Assembly: GCF_006345805.1 (NCBI RefSeq)
Contig: NC_042998.1
Location: 139,252,001-139,316,000, forward strand
DNA length: 64,000 nt
Direction of reading: 5' to 3'
Origin: Octopus sinensis
Taxonomy: Eukaryota
A model generated the notes under the pieces. It made no database searches, had not been told where the DNA came from, and worked only from the letters and a program-made list of their open reading frames with translations. This document shows, piece by piece, positions 42,216-56,230 of the stretch (positions are counted from its first letter, which is position 1; each line of letters opens with the position of its first letter). The translations under genes were made by a program, and so were the position numbers.

Positions 42216-45200
42216 CCACTTTGTTGCAGGCATTCGGGCCAGGTCTCCCAGATAAAAAAACTTCCCTCTCTCCCTTCTTCCCACCAATCTTAGAGGTTCT
42301 GCAAAAAAAAAATCTGAGGTACTGCCTATTCTAACTAAGAAATAGGAAAAAAAAACCTGACAAATAACACTTTGACACTGACATAACTTGTTAAACTTAA
42401 GCTTTACAGCAAATTGATGTAGAGGTTATCAGTGAAGACTATGGTAAATACAATCATATAATATTATCAGCAAAAGAAGACAAAAAAAATCAATATCAAC
42501 CAAACATGTTTGAGATTAGCAAACAAGAGGGAACTCAGAAAGAAAGATAGTTGCCAAGAAATCATCAGGTGAAATCAAGATAAATAAAGAATTATTTCCA
42601 AGCAAATTTGTTGTTCACAAAACATTAAAGAGAAAGAAAGCAAGTAACAAAGAATGTACTTTCAAAGGAGAATACAAGATTAGAAAAGTAGACGCGGGTG
42701 TAACGGGTGTAACTCAGAATATACTGTGGCCTACTTTCTCTTTACTACTTTTAATTTTTCTGTTTTAATACAAGAAACACAAACAAATGAAAGCTGAACT
42801 ATATTTCTCATATCTATGTGGTGAGGAGATAGAGTCAAGTTTTCTAAAGGTTTAATAAATAAATACAGGAGGGATTTTGTTGCAGAAAGAAATCTTAAAA
42901 ACAACTTATGCTAGATCTTTATAAACAATTTTATCAAATGGGTTAGAAAACTATACAAAGCTTTCTCACATGTATATGTGCTCTAAAGGTTAATAGAGAG
43001 ATCGGATATGTGAATGCCTTTACTATTTTTATTATATTTGTGATAAAAGAATGAAATACAAAGGAAAAAAAATGTTTCTGTAATGAAAAAACTCATTTAA
43101 CAACAAGACACAATGTAGTTTCCCATGTCTGTTATATATCACTGATTGAATTGCTTTACCAAAACAATAAAACTTCATGCCTGAAAATCTTCTATAGTGA
43201 GTACAACTCCTCAACACAACAATATTATTATTTTTTTTTTTCAAGTATAGACCTATTTTATCTATCCTTCATAAATAAATTAATAGAAAAGAGTAATTTG
43301 GACACTGTTTTGTAAACACAGTCTGTTTATACTCATGCTAAATAAGCTATTTGACTGAAAGAAATATCAGAATAATAAAGCCCTATTCTGAAACCCATTA
43401 ATAACTTAAGGGGTTACTGTTAACAACATAGAATAATTGTTTAATTGATTGATCTTTTCTGCTACTTGTGAGACAGTTATGTGTATTCCATTTGATATTT
43501 CTCCATAGGGATATTAGTATCTGCATTATGTCGTAAAATAATTTCTGTCCTTACTCCTTTTATATTTCAAGCAATGTGAATTTATCATCATCATTTAATG
43601 CCCACTTTTCTATGCTTGCATGGGACACATGGTATTTGCTGAGACAGCTTTTTATAGTCACATGCCCTTCCTGTCATCAACCCTCACCTATTTCCAAGCA
43701 AGGTAATATTTCCCCATGGTCAGACATATTTTCATAGAAGATTGGAAATGAATAACATCACCTGTAAGACAATGATGCTCATTTCCATATATACACACAC
43801 ACACATACAGAGGGTTTCTTCAGTTTCAATCTACAAAATCCATTCGCAAGGCTTTGGTCAGCCTAAGGATATAGGAGATGATTGCCCAAGGGATTGTACA
43901 GTGGGACTAAACCAGAGACCACATAGTTGGGAAGTAAGCTTCTTACATACAAAGACACACCTATTTTATTTATTTTATACTTCTTATTGACATTGCTTCT
44001 CTCATTATTTCTAACCTTGTTTATATTAAAGCTTCATTTACCCCCACATCTGATTTTCAAATTTCAGATACATTGATGGGGTTTCTCCAGTTTTTTTCCC
44101 TCCAAAATTAAAATATACCCCTCTGCTCTAATCTGCAGCTGCCCTATGCATTAGGTGCAATATATTGACCATATGCTACTCTAGAATTTATATTCCTTTA
44201 TTTTAAGAATCAATCACATCAGTTACTGCTCATTAATACATATTAAACTCTGATTCATTGTGTCTTTATAGAACAAGTGTCTAGCTTTTGCAATTTTAAG
44301 CATCAGCCCTATCTTTTATTCATACAAACACTGCAGGTTACCACAGTGAATATGAAATTGAGCATAATATTTTCAGAATACAAATGAAGCTTTGATTTTG
44401 AGAGTAATTATTTCTACTAATTAAATAAAATAAATTTTTTGTTATCAATATGAGATTTGGAATATAACAATACTATGCTTTTATACAAAATTATAATGGA
44501 AGTTCTTTGATTTAAACATTTTAAAACAACAAGATTTGTATGAGAATCAAAGAGAGTCTGTGGCAGATTGGTACTTAACTCTGCAATACTAATGACAAAC
44601 ATTTCACCAAAAAGCTAAGTTTTCATAAAACTGAAATTCCATCAGTTCCAAATGTCCACTCATTTCTTCTGCTTCATACTCATTGTGGTACAACATAAAA
44701 AGCACTGGTGATGGTTCTACGTATAAAGTCACCCAGTGCACTCTGTAAAGTAGCTGGTGTTATGAAGTACGTCCGGTTGTAAAAACCAAACCAAAACAGA
44801 TGATGGGACCTGGTGTGGCCACCAGCCTTACCAGCTCCTGTCAAGCCGTCCAACCCATGCCAACATGGAAAGCAGATGTTAAATGATGATGATGGTCATC
44901 ATCATTTCTCTCTTATATTTCTTTTAACATCCACTTTTTCATACTTGCATGAATCCAATACAATTTGTAGGCAGAATACTGGAAATAAATGGCACTTGTT
45001 TACAACCACCAAATGATGTCACTCACATATGCATATAAAACATAGATACATTTCTTTCAATTCCCATTACCAAATCCACTTACAAGGCTTTGGTCAACCC
45101 AGGGCTATAGAAGACAGCAGCTCAAGATGCCACTCAATAGGATTCAGTAGGACAAACTGAAACCATGAGTGTAAAGCATGCTTCTTAATCACACAACTAT

Positions 45201-48019
45201 GCCTGTCTACTATATATATCATCATCATTGTTGTTTAACGTCCGCTTTCCATGCTGACATGGGTTGGACAGTTTGACTGAGGCCTGGCAAGCCAGGAGGT
45301 TGCACCAAGCTCCAATCTGATTTGGCAAGGTTTCTACAGCTGGATACCCTTCCTAACACCAACAACTCTGAGAGTGTAATATATTAATAATTATATACGA
45401 TATATATCATATGATTATATATTAATAATTATATAATTTCTACATCCACTGCTTGTGTTGATGACTTGTATATAAAGTAGTGAACATTAGCCAGCCAGGC
45501 AAAATGTTTAGCAGCCTTTCATCTGTCTTTATGATCTAAGTTCAAATTTCACCGAGGTCAACTTTGCCTTTTAGCTTTTTGGGGTCAATAAAATAAGTAC
45601 TAGTCAAGCACTGGGCTGATATAATTGACTCCCTCAAAATTTCAGGCTATATGCCTGTAGTAGAAAGGAATAATTATACAAAAATGACATGAAAAATATT
45701 CTTGTATTCCAGAGCTGGTTTTTACCCAACAGGTTGTGACTTTGATGAGATATTCTTAAAAATGTGAAGTAACAGGAGCAAATTTAAAGACAGTCAAAAT
45801 TCCCACCAACAACAAGTAAAGTTAATGGTATCGTAGAAATGAAATAAGATTCATTTATTTAATAACTTCCCAATTAATTAAAAATAGGTGAAATGAGTGA
45901 CTAAGATGAAATTCTATGCTTAATCCAAAGACTTTTACACATTAGCAAATTTCAAACATTTAAAAGCAAATGGCTAAATAAAAGTTCAAATATTATTATC
46001 ATTTTAAACTAGAGTAAAGTGTTGTCGTCATTTAAGGTCCACTTTTCTAGGCATGCATGGGTAAGATGGAATTTGTTGAGGCAGATTTTCTACAACCAGA
46101 TACCCTTCCTGTCACCCACATTCACCTGTTTTCAAGTAAGGTAATATTTCCCCATGGTTGGACATATTTTCATGGAAGATTGGAAACAAACTACATTGCT
46201 TGTATAACACTGATGCTCATTCACAACCATCATACGATGTCAAGAAAGAGTACACACACAGCAAGCTTCTTTCAGTTTCCATTTACCAAATCCATTCACA
46301 GGGCTTTGGTTGACCCAGGGCTATAGTAGATGACACTTGCCCGAGGTAACACATAGAAAGACTGAACCCATGATTACATGGTTACAAAGCAGGCTTCTCA
46401 ACCACACAGCCATGCCCATGCCTGTGTGATGACAAGAACTTCATGCATCATCACTATCATCATCTTCATCATGATATATCTTCCACCTCCCCAAACTGAC
46501 AACAATAAGAAGAGTAAATGTAATAAAGTAGAGAAAGAGAGAGAGATAGATTAATTTTCAGCATAACTCAAACACATGTTAGATATAAAAGCTATAAAGG
46601 AAAACATGATAGCAAACTTTTTCAAGATAACATCTTAGCTTCTTAGAACAGACAAAGAGAGCAAGAGAATAGACTCAGAAACACAATCATGTTGCTAAAC
46701 TATCATATTTGTAATGTGTATTTCACACTAGTCATTATATATTTTACCATGTCTTTCTTAAATTTATTCTACAGGAAGTTTAATAAGTTTATGAGAATGT
46801 AAAACACTATAGCTGAATGCATTTACTGAATGAAACAAGATATGTGAATAAGTGCCACCTTATAATCTTCTAAAGAAACTATAGTGTAATAGTAAAACTT
46901 AAGGTGTGGCTGTATGGTTAAGAAGCTTTTTGCCCAACCATGTGGTCTCAGGATCAGTCCCACTGTATGATACTTTTCGTTAAGTGTCTTCTACTTTAGC
47001 CCCAGACTAACCAAAGCCCTTGTGAGTGGATCTGGTGGAGGGAAACTGAAAGAAGCCTATCACACACACGCATGCAAGCATGTGTGCATGTATGTGTGAG
47101 TGTGTGTGCCTTTGTTTTTGACATCATGTTATGACTAAATGAACAACACTGTCATACAAGCTATATTGTTCATTTTCAGTCTGCCATGGAAAACGTATTT
47201 GGCCATTGGGAAATATTACTTTGCTTGGATGTAGGGAGGGAATTGGCAATGGGAAGAGTATTCAACAAATTCCATCTGATCTACGCAGCATGGAAAAGTG
47301 GATGTTAAAAGATGATGAGGAGGAATGATGATGAAATAATAAAATAGACTTCAAAAAACAAAAATATCCCCTGAAAACAATTTTCATTCCCCAAAATCAG
47401 AAAGTGGTGGATGCTACATCAATAGCTATGAAATCTAGTAAAATAGCTATAAAGATTAGTAACACAGACAAGGAAAAGAAAAAGATGGGAAGTAATTTAA
47501 AACTACAAAATAAACAGTTGCACATGTTTAGACAGAGGAAACAGTGTGGTCTTAAGTCAAAATATTATAGCTAAATTTAATTAAAATTGAATTAATATTA
47601 ATTAATGATGATAGGTAACCAGATGAAGCCATGACTGACAATTGATTTTTATAAGATGAGAACTATATTGAATTACATTTTTAAACCATATTTAAAAATA
47701 TATAAATTATCAGTATCACTGCTGGTTACACATGTCAGTGCCTTTTAAGAACAATGCTGTGCTGCTGGCTTACACATATATATATACTCAGTATGCATTA
47801 AATGAAGTTTTCTTAATATTACCATCATAATCATTTAATATCTGTTTTCCATACTGGCATGGGTTTGACAGAATCCAACAAGCCTCTGAACTGTGTTGAG
47901 GTTTAATATCAGCTTTTGCATGGTTTCTACAGCTGGACACCCTTCCTAACACCAACCTCTTCACAGTGTGTATTCGGTGCATTTTTCATACTACAAGCAA
48001 AACAGGAAAGAAAAAGGTC

Positions 48020-48330
48020 CCCTGCAGTCTTTGAAGGGGCCAAAACCAATAGAACCGAGGCCATCACCCTCAAACATCACCTTGAATGGGCAGGTCATGT
48101 CCATTGCATCAATAGCACCAGATTGCCGTGCCAAATCCTCTACAGCAAACTCAGTACTGGCAAGCAATTACATGTCTACCCCAACTGAAATGAACAATGA
48201 AGAGCACCAGCATGGACCCTAAATTTTGGGAGCAACACACAGAAGACAGAACAATGTGGCATCATGTCATTAAAATAAGTGTAGAACATTTTGAAGAATA
48301 TTGTCAAGAAATGAAAACAGCAAATGGATT
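48020..48330 (+). mobile_element. RTE (BovB-like) LINE fragment
   Basis: AVFEGAKTNRTEAITLKHHLEWAGHVHCINSTRLPCQILYSKLSTGK, then a frameshift into SMDPKFWEQHTEDRTMWHHVIKISVEHFEE. Confidence 0.75.
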
Positions 48331-49850
48331 CAACAAAAAACCCACCAATTCTAACCAGGGCCTCTACCAACCATCAGATGTGACTTCTGTGGACAATTGT
48401 TTCACACAAAAATTTGCCTTGCCAACCATTGTGTAAATATGTCCATGCCTGGAAACACATTAGGGTTACCAATAGGAAGGGCATCCAGCCATAGACAATT
48501 TGCTTCAATAAACTGCATCCAACCCATGCGAGCAAGGAAAAGTGGACAATAAATGATAGTGGTGTTATGTGTGTGTTGTAAATGTAAAATCATGGCTCAG
48601 GTACTTTGTAGTGTAATATTTTTGGTTCAAATTATTACAAAATCTTTTTTTTTTAATTCTTTTTTTTTACAATACATAGACATGAGGCTTTAGATATATT
48701 TACAGGTGATGGAGATATACAAAATGATGACATTCATATTTTTACCATGAGCATAAACATCAAAAGTGAAGTAGTTTAACTTTCAGAATGAAAACCAGGT
48801 TATAGGTTTAGTATGCCAAAAACTCAAATATATTTATGGAAATGGTAGTAAAAGGTACAATATGCTAATACAAAGTTCAGCAAAATATTTTCCTCTTTGA
48901 CCTTTAGATGTTTGTAACTATATTTATACACTTAATATATTAATGGCAAAAGGTTAGCATTACATAACCTAAATTCATACAATACACCAAGAAACTGAAT
49001 CCAACATCACCATTTTTTTAAAATTACAAGGTAACTTGAAGCTTTTTCGGATAAGAGATTAAACAACTTTCTCCAATATTTGAAGCCATTGAGAAGAGAG
49101 AAAATTTTTAAATAATAATAATAATAAAATCAGTCTAACATCTCGTGTTTTTCTATTGGAATAACACCAACAAATAAAAGCTAATAAAGAAATTAGTTCT
49201 GATTGTTTAAATTGGTCAAAATAAATCCTGCTATTTCATTCATTCCTTTCAATCATTTTTTTTTCCTTTCTTTTCAGTGGTTGAATTAAAAACCAACGCA
49301 ACAATTCATATTGAAATTTCTCTTGTTAAACTACCATCATATGAGAGCTCATTTCCACTGGGTCTATTGTGAAATTTTTAAATAGATAGAAAAGAAATAG
49401 AAAAAGAAGGAAAAAATACCATCAGGCTAATAATTTGTCTTTAAATGAGCAACGGTGATATGTTCGGTGGTGGGTCTATATACCAGCTACTATTTAATTA
49501 TTAGATTAAACTGACCTCCATTTTCAAGGACAGAATAGCAATTTTAATTATGACATTATTTCAAAAGCTTACCTCTCACAGTTAAGATTTGTGTGTGTGT
49601 GCATGGGAGAGAGAGGGAGTGAGGGGGTAGAATTAGTGAGACAGAGAAGGAAGAGATCTTACATTACAAATTTTAGAATATATTGAGAAATGGTGGTGGT
49701 GTTTTGAAATAAACATCAATACTTATAGACTAATACATTTAATAATTTCCAAAAGGACTGCAGCATGTTGAATGAAATTATGATTTTTCAAAAACCTTGT
49801 CTTCATCATGCAAAAATATATCGAAAATTAATATAAATTATATTTAATCA

Positions 49851-50271
49851 TCTCTATATATAAACGGCAGTTTGTCTGTCTGTGTGTCTGTCAGGTTGTA
49901 CCCTCACCCTGACCACGGCTTTCAACCGATTCTGATGAAACTTGACACACACATAGCCCAATGTCATAATTCAAAACTAACGCAGCGAAAATTTTGAAAA
50001 GTTCCCCCAGTTCTGAAAAAAGTCGATAAATTCGACATGGGGGTCGAGAATCTAAGCTTTTTATATGCGACACATTTTCTGTTGTAGTTTTTGCAACTTG
50101 CAATCGGGAGACAGCTAGGAACATCGTATACACAGACGTATTCGAGTGAAGAGAAGACATTGCAACCTACACATGCGTCTTCGTTCCCTAGAGGGAAAGA
50201 AATAGATTGGGATTAGTCGTTGCCTACTAGGGGCTATTACATACCCGGGCAACGCCGAGCTATGCTGCTAG
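49851..50271 (+). mobile_element. Non-autonomous Helitron, CpG-rich and probably young
   Basis: A^T site, 5' TCTCTATATATAAAC, hairpin CCCGGGCAACGCCGAG (about 50244-50259), ends GCTGCTAG|T, as in the 3061-3461 element. Confidence 0.85.
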
Positions 50272-50745
50272 TGTAATATAATACAGAAGAGTGAAATACA
50301 TTTATCCTCTTTGCACTTATTCATAATAAGATATATTTCCACAAAGATAGTCATATAAATTTGGTAGAATTAATTGGCTGTGCAATCTCTGTGCCATGGG
50401 GGTTGGTGCAGAGTAGAGTGTTTTGATTAAGAATCCAGTACAATACCTACAGCAAGATAAGAATTCATGACCTATAAGCCTAAAGTACAGTAACTTTATC
50501 TATTGTCCAAACAGAGTTAGAGAATAAAGAGACTTTAAATAAATCAAAGGAATTGCTGATGAATGAGACAATAGGGAAAGAATCTACAAACAAAAACGTC
50601 AACTCTTCATATACTGTCATCAGTGCCCTGTGTTATCAGTGCTGTGTGTGTTCATGGCCAAAACAATTACTCTTTGCCAGTACATTCTATCTTGGTAAGT
50701 CAATATGGGGGTCCTCATTGATAGCACCATTCTGGTTAGGAAAAG

Positions 50746-50955
50746 TTAACCCTTTTGTTATAGTTCTGTTGAAATAGACAGCTTTTGTTTCAGTTGATTT
50801 TGAAAATAAGGAAGAATTTATAAAATAATTCACTATTAAACTAGTGTTTGGAACATTAAATTAACATGAAATTTTGGTGGAAGGATTTAATTTAAAGCTC
50901 TTTAAAGAGGAAGACTAACAAAGAACTAGGGGTGGATTGGTGTCAAAAGAGTTAA
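50746..50955 (-). mobile_element. TTAA-flanked MITE, family A
   Basis: TTAACCCTTTTGTTA...TGTCAAAAGAGTTAA. Confidence 0.7.
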
Positions 50956-53399
50956 GCAAATAACTTCATCCCACTTGCTTTACTATAATTAATTAAACCA
51001 TTCATTATCAGCTTGCCCAATACCAACCTAAGTCTTCATGGTCTGAGACTACCAACCCATGCAACAGCACCCATAATTAGTGTTTCTATATTTAAATAAG
51101 AATATTGACTTAAATCTCATTATTATAATAGTGATAACATGATTTCACAAGATAAACATTGTTATTTTATATAATCTTTTATACTTGAAACAAATAGATA
51201 CCAGCTACTAGCTTCACATTCAATAGTAACAACTATGAATTTCTAAGAGTTTTAAAAGAAAAAGTGGTAACAGCAACAAGCATAACTAAGTGTTGGATGT
51301 ACAGTTGGATAGTTCAATTTCTGAAAGTGAATATCAACTGCAACAGTGATATTTAATTTTATTCCAGAAACATAAGGGAAAGAGAAAATTTTAAAAGATT
51401 TCTCATCAAAATTGTTTTTTCATTAAAGTAACTGGATCCAATTATCGTTCCAGGCTATAATTGCAGAAACAAATATTTAAGCAGAATATACACAAAGGAA
51501 AAAAGATTATGGTCTTGCACATGCCTGGACAAAACTTGACCATTTTTGCAGTAAATATAACAAAGTGAATCGATGAAAAGAATTCTTCTAGAATGCCTAA
51601 AGGAAGAAAGGATGGACACAAGCATGGTTAAGAAGCTGCATTAGAAAAGATTATCCAACCCATACAAGCATGAAAATAAAATAGACATAAAAACTATGAA
51701 GATGATGATGATATAAATGCTCAACAAAGACAAGATTGGGTTATTTCTTAGGCTTTCATCATTGTTAAATGAAGAGGGAATAGCAAACAAGAGATACACT
51801 AATTAAAAACGAAAATGTCTAGCAATTACATGATTGATCTGTTCCGTGTAATAAATGACATCAAATGACAAGGTTATATAAAGAAAACAGAATTTTTTTC
51901 TCCCTCCCAAATCTTCAAAATATACTAATTAAAAGTATTGCCAGTGAGTGATGAGTTCCTTTCTGTATTGAAAAACAAAATCAAATAGAAATAATAATAA
52001 TAAAACAATCAGTCTCATAAAGCTAGTGTATATACCAGACAGGTAATTACTTCAAATAATGGTATTAGTATGAAGTTAAATGTAATTAATACAAGACACA
52101 AAATTCCAAATTTAGTAACTCAGTCTGATTGTCTAACAAATAAATGAGGGAAAAGAGACAAATAAAATATTAACGCCAAATCCAAAAGAATCAACAAAGA
52201 CCTTTCATCTAAACTATTTGAAATTAAATTCTACATCTCCCTCCAAATTTTCCTGACCACCTTTGGTGCCAAACTAAACATTCAATTAGCAAGTCCAAAA
52301 CCTTAATTTGCCCATTTACAAGTTACTAGTCCTTAATATACAGACAAATATTATTGATAAAATTTATAACTCATAGCTATTTGACTCATTTTCTTCCTAG
52401 TCACAAGTTAACATAGATAATAAAAAAATTAAAATAAACTTCAAACATACAAATTTTCCAACTTCAGACTTCTATCTGACCCACGTGGTTCTAGGTTCAG
52501 TTTCACTGCATGGCACTTTGGACAATTGTCTTCTTCCAAAGCTCCAGGCACACTGAAGCTTTCTTAATGAATTTCATAAATGGAAACTGTGAAGAATCCC
52601 AGGATATAAATATGTGTGTGTTCATTGTCTTTGTCCTCCCACAATTGCTTGAAAGAGATCAACAGAATATCACCAGACTTAACAATAAGTATTGGGGTCA
52701 ATTTGTTCAACTGTACCCTTTAAGGCAGTGCCCCAGCATGGTTGCATTCCAACTAGTAAAAGATAAAGATACAAAATCTTAAATTTGTATCTGGTTGCCA
52801 CTTCTGACTTGTGACCTTCAAAAAGTTCACTTAACTCTATATACACAGCAGTCAGACAGAGTCAGACATATTGCTTCACTGGACTTCACTGGCAAAGCCA
52901 CAAGAGATTATGAACATTTGAAAAATCCAATATCTATTTATGGCTAGCACTGGCTTGAGTGTGAAAATGCATGATGGAATCTGTTAATTCTATAAACTCT
53001 TGTATCTAATTGCAGTTAGTTCCTAATATTTCTGTTATCCTAAATGTCTATTCCAAGCTCACAATTCAGCACCAGTGATGGGCGGCATCATATTTAAGCT
53101 TTTATTCAATGAGCCAGCATCCATTCATCTTAGTTGAATGCAACTTCTTTAAAAATGTAAACATTCCACAGCAGTCAATAGTTTGCACATTAATGTTCGA
53201 AAGAAGATGCAAGGTTCAGTGGTTAGGGTGCTCACAATCTTATAATCACGAGTTCAATTCCTGGTGGCAGGTAGTGTACATGGGTAAGGTACTTCATATT
53301 GTTTCAGTCCACTCGGCTGGCAAAAATGATTAGTATCAGGATTTCAAAGGGCCAGCCTAATCACATTCTGTGTCTTGCTGAATCTCCTGGAAAACTATA

Positions 53400-53629
53400 T
53401 TAACCCTTTAGCATTTAAACCGGCCATATCCGGCCAAAAGTATTCTGCTTATTTTATGTTTAAACTGGCCATATCTGGTCTCTCACACCAACCCTACAAT
53501 ATCGTTTTAAAAATTAACAGCTACCTCATCAAAATCTCATAGCTACAAGATAATGCATGATTAGTTCAAAACAATGTGGATAAAAAAAGCATTAATTTTG
53601 GCAGAATAATGCAAACACTAAAGGGTTAA
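53400..53629 (+). mobile_element. TTAA-flanked MITE, family B, nested in a SINE
   Basis: TTAACCCTTTAGCATTTAAACCGGCC...CACTAAAGGGTTAA; it interrupts a SINE at the TTAA that is intact at 5493-5496. Confidence 0.82.
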
Positions 53630-53740
53630 GGGTATATGTGTCTGTGGGGTGCTCAACCAGCTGCCTGTTAATTTCACAAGCAGGCTGTTCCATTGATCAG
53701 ATCAACTGGAACCCTCATTGTTGTGACCAATGGAGTACCA

Positions 53741-53834
53741 GTTAATGTTCAAAAAGAGTGTACAGTTCATGTTCAAAAAGAATGCACGATTCATGTTCAG
53801 GATGAGTGTATGGTTCATATTTCAAAGAGTGTAT
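53741..53834. repeat. About 24-bp minisatellite, 4 copies
   Basis: GTT(A/C)ATGTTCAAAAAGAGTGTA units; they explain the repetitive ORF 53730-53921. Confidence 0.7.
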
Positions 53835-54220
53835 AATTTGACCTTGCATGCATTTGACATTTTCTCATGGTCACATCCTAATGTTATGCTTAGAAACCAA
53901 CAAAATAAGTGCCAGAGTTAATGTGATCAATCAAACCTTTGAAATTAGTTCCTCAACATAGCAACAGATGAATGACCTAATCTACAGGTGAATGCCCTTT
54001 CAAATACCAACCACTTTACAGAGTGAACGAGGTACTTTATTTCATGGCAGTTACACTAGCAAGGTTGGCACGTAACTCACAAAACTAGTGTCCTTGACTG
54101 AGTAGGAGTGTGTGTGCGTGTGTGTGTGTGTGTGTAACTTCCCATACATGCCCTATAGAAATACATTCCTATCTAGTCCCCAAGTTTTTTCTTATTCAAT
54201 CATCTTTTCTCATTCTTTTA

Positions 54221-54258
54221 TTTTTCTGATGAAGGACTTGTGTTTGAAATGTCAAAAC
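54221..54258 (+). ncRNA. Decayed minimal type I hammerhead ribozyme motif (Penelope-type)
   Basis: TTTT-CTGATGA-A-GGAC-TTGT-GTTT-GAAA-TGTC-AAAA: core boxes, stem II with G-U pairs, GUC triplet and a 4-bp stem I. Confidence 0.5.
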
Positions 54259-54949
54259 TCTTCCTAAACTAAAACTTGTCCTTTTCATGTTGTCCTCTTT
54301 TTGAGCTCATTCCCGTTTCGTGGTTGGGCCGTCAGCAACTAAGCTGGTAACTCCACCAAGCATTCTGGGTAAGGAGGTTGACTGTTAACACCCAGCAGAG
54401 TGAAAAATAAAATCTGTCAATGGGTGAAGGAACTCTCAAGAGTCAACAGCCAACATTGCTTACAAAGGTCATTCTTGGTTGGGAAAGACTAGGTGAAGAA
54501 TTGCTAAACCAAACGTTTAATTTCAGTTTGTTTTTGGAGCATTTAGCACTACAGTAGAAGGGTCTTTGCAATGCAGTGCAAGTTGCAAAAGGCTTAAATT
54601 CTGTGTGGACCTTTCTTACATCATTGTTGTCTTCATTGCTAGATCTTATTGTCCTTTCGTATGCTTTTGTAATTTTGTTCTAAATTACACATTTTTTTTC
54701 TTTTCATGTGTTTTGTCGGTGTTGTGAACAGTCATATTCAATTAACGGGTTAACAGCCAAAAGAAGAAAAAAAATTATGTACAAAGGGAACAACTTTTTT
54801 TTTTCAAATGCTATACTGAAGACAGCTGTGCACAGAGTTAAATTTTATGTTGATATTTGTTTTCCATCTTTCCAAATTAATCTTTTATTTTTAGTTTGGA
54901 ACAACATTTCAAAGTCTATAAATATTCTGAGACCTTAGCCTTATGCTCA

Positions 54950-56230
54950 AAATGAAGTTAGGATAGTGGTGCTATTATTGTCGTGCTTATTTTATAATCG
55001 CCTTGGTTGGATTTTATCAGTTATAAAAACCATTCCCACGATTCTTTGCTGTCTACTAATTTTTTTTAAAAAAAACGAGACATTAATAGCGCTTCTATTG
55101 CCACAAGAGATCAAGAAAGTTTCGGAAAGTTAATGAATTTAGAAACATAAATGTTCCAAAATAAATATAAAAGACTAATTAGGAAATATCCAAAAAATAA
55201 AATCAATATAAAAAGATTAAACTTGAGCAAGGTTATCTCTTCGATATAATATTATGCTCATTGTTTTCTGTCGCGTGCGTGTGTGTGTGTATATAACGGG
55301 ATATTCCAGATAAATTTAATCTCAATGAACTTCCATTCACAATTTACAATATATATCACAAGTTGACGTAAATATATGCCAACAATCTATTTTAACTACC
55401 ATGAGATAGGTAGTTGTACACAACAGTCAACAACATAAAGAAGACAGATATATTCAAATTACATATTCCAATTACAGATAGCAGAAAGAAAAGAAAGAAA
55501 ATAAGATTCGATAGATGTCTTTTGTTTTCTTTTCTTTCTTTCTTTAGTTTTTTTTGTAGAACTAACATCTATTAATAATTCAACAACAACAAAAATAATT
55601 ACAAGTTGCTATATAAGAAAAAAGCAGAAAAGCGAACCCGAGAATGGGTTTATTTATTTATTTACTTTCAATACTTCGAGATTTTAACACATCAATAATT
55701 TGCTATGAAACAAGCTGACAGCTGATAACTGTTTCTGATTGGCTATTTACTGTGTCAGTAGTTTGTGACCAGTAGTGGTGAATCATAGATCCCTAGCTAG
55801 AATTTATCCACTTACGCAAGTTGGCTGATTGAATAAGCTGAAGCAAAGAAGAGAAAGAGGATTTGAAAATGGAGGGATGATTTCAGACAATGATATAAAT
55901 TTCAAGAAATACATTCATCAATTTTTGTTGCTCTTCTTCTTTCTCTCTCGCTCTCCCTTTTCCTCCCACCGTCTTACAAGAGTATGCATCTCGTTAACAA
56001 GTGGAGGCATGCTACTAGCTACTATAGCACTTAGCAAAATTAATATAGAGGAAACTAGTTTTCTGACAACAAAAGCATTCTGGAGAGTTAAAAAAGGTTT
56101 TCAAGTAGCTATCTCTATTTGTATTTTCAGTTTATTTCTATCTCTCTATTCAATATAGATTCATACATACTGACATATATATATCTCGGTTTACACGTGT
56201 GTAAAATAAGGTCGAATGAAGGTTTCGTGT
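54950..56230 (-). promoter_or_regulatory. CpG-enriched, SINE-free island; probable promoter and first exon of the FAM13-like gene (donor after 55816)
   Basis: I count about 20 or more CpGs here against sparse CpG elsewhere. TGC|GTAAGT donor on the minus strand at 55815-55810; CT-rich leader-like sequence. No transcript evidence. Confidence 0.55.
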
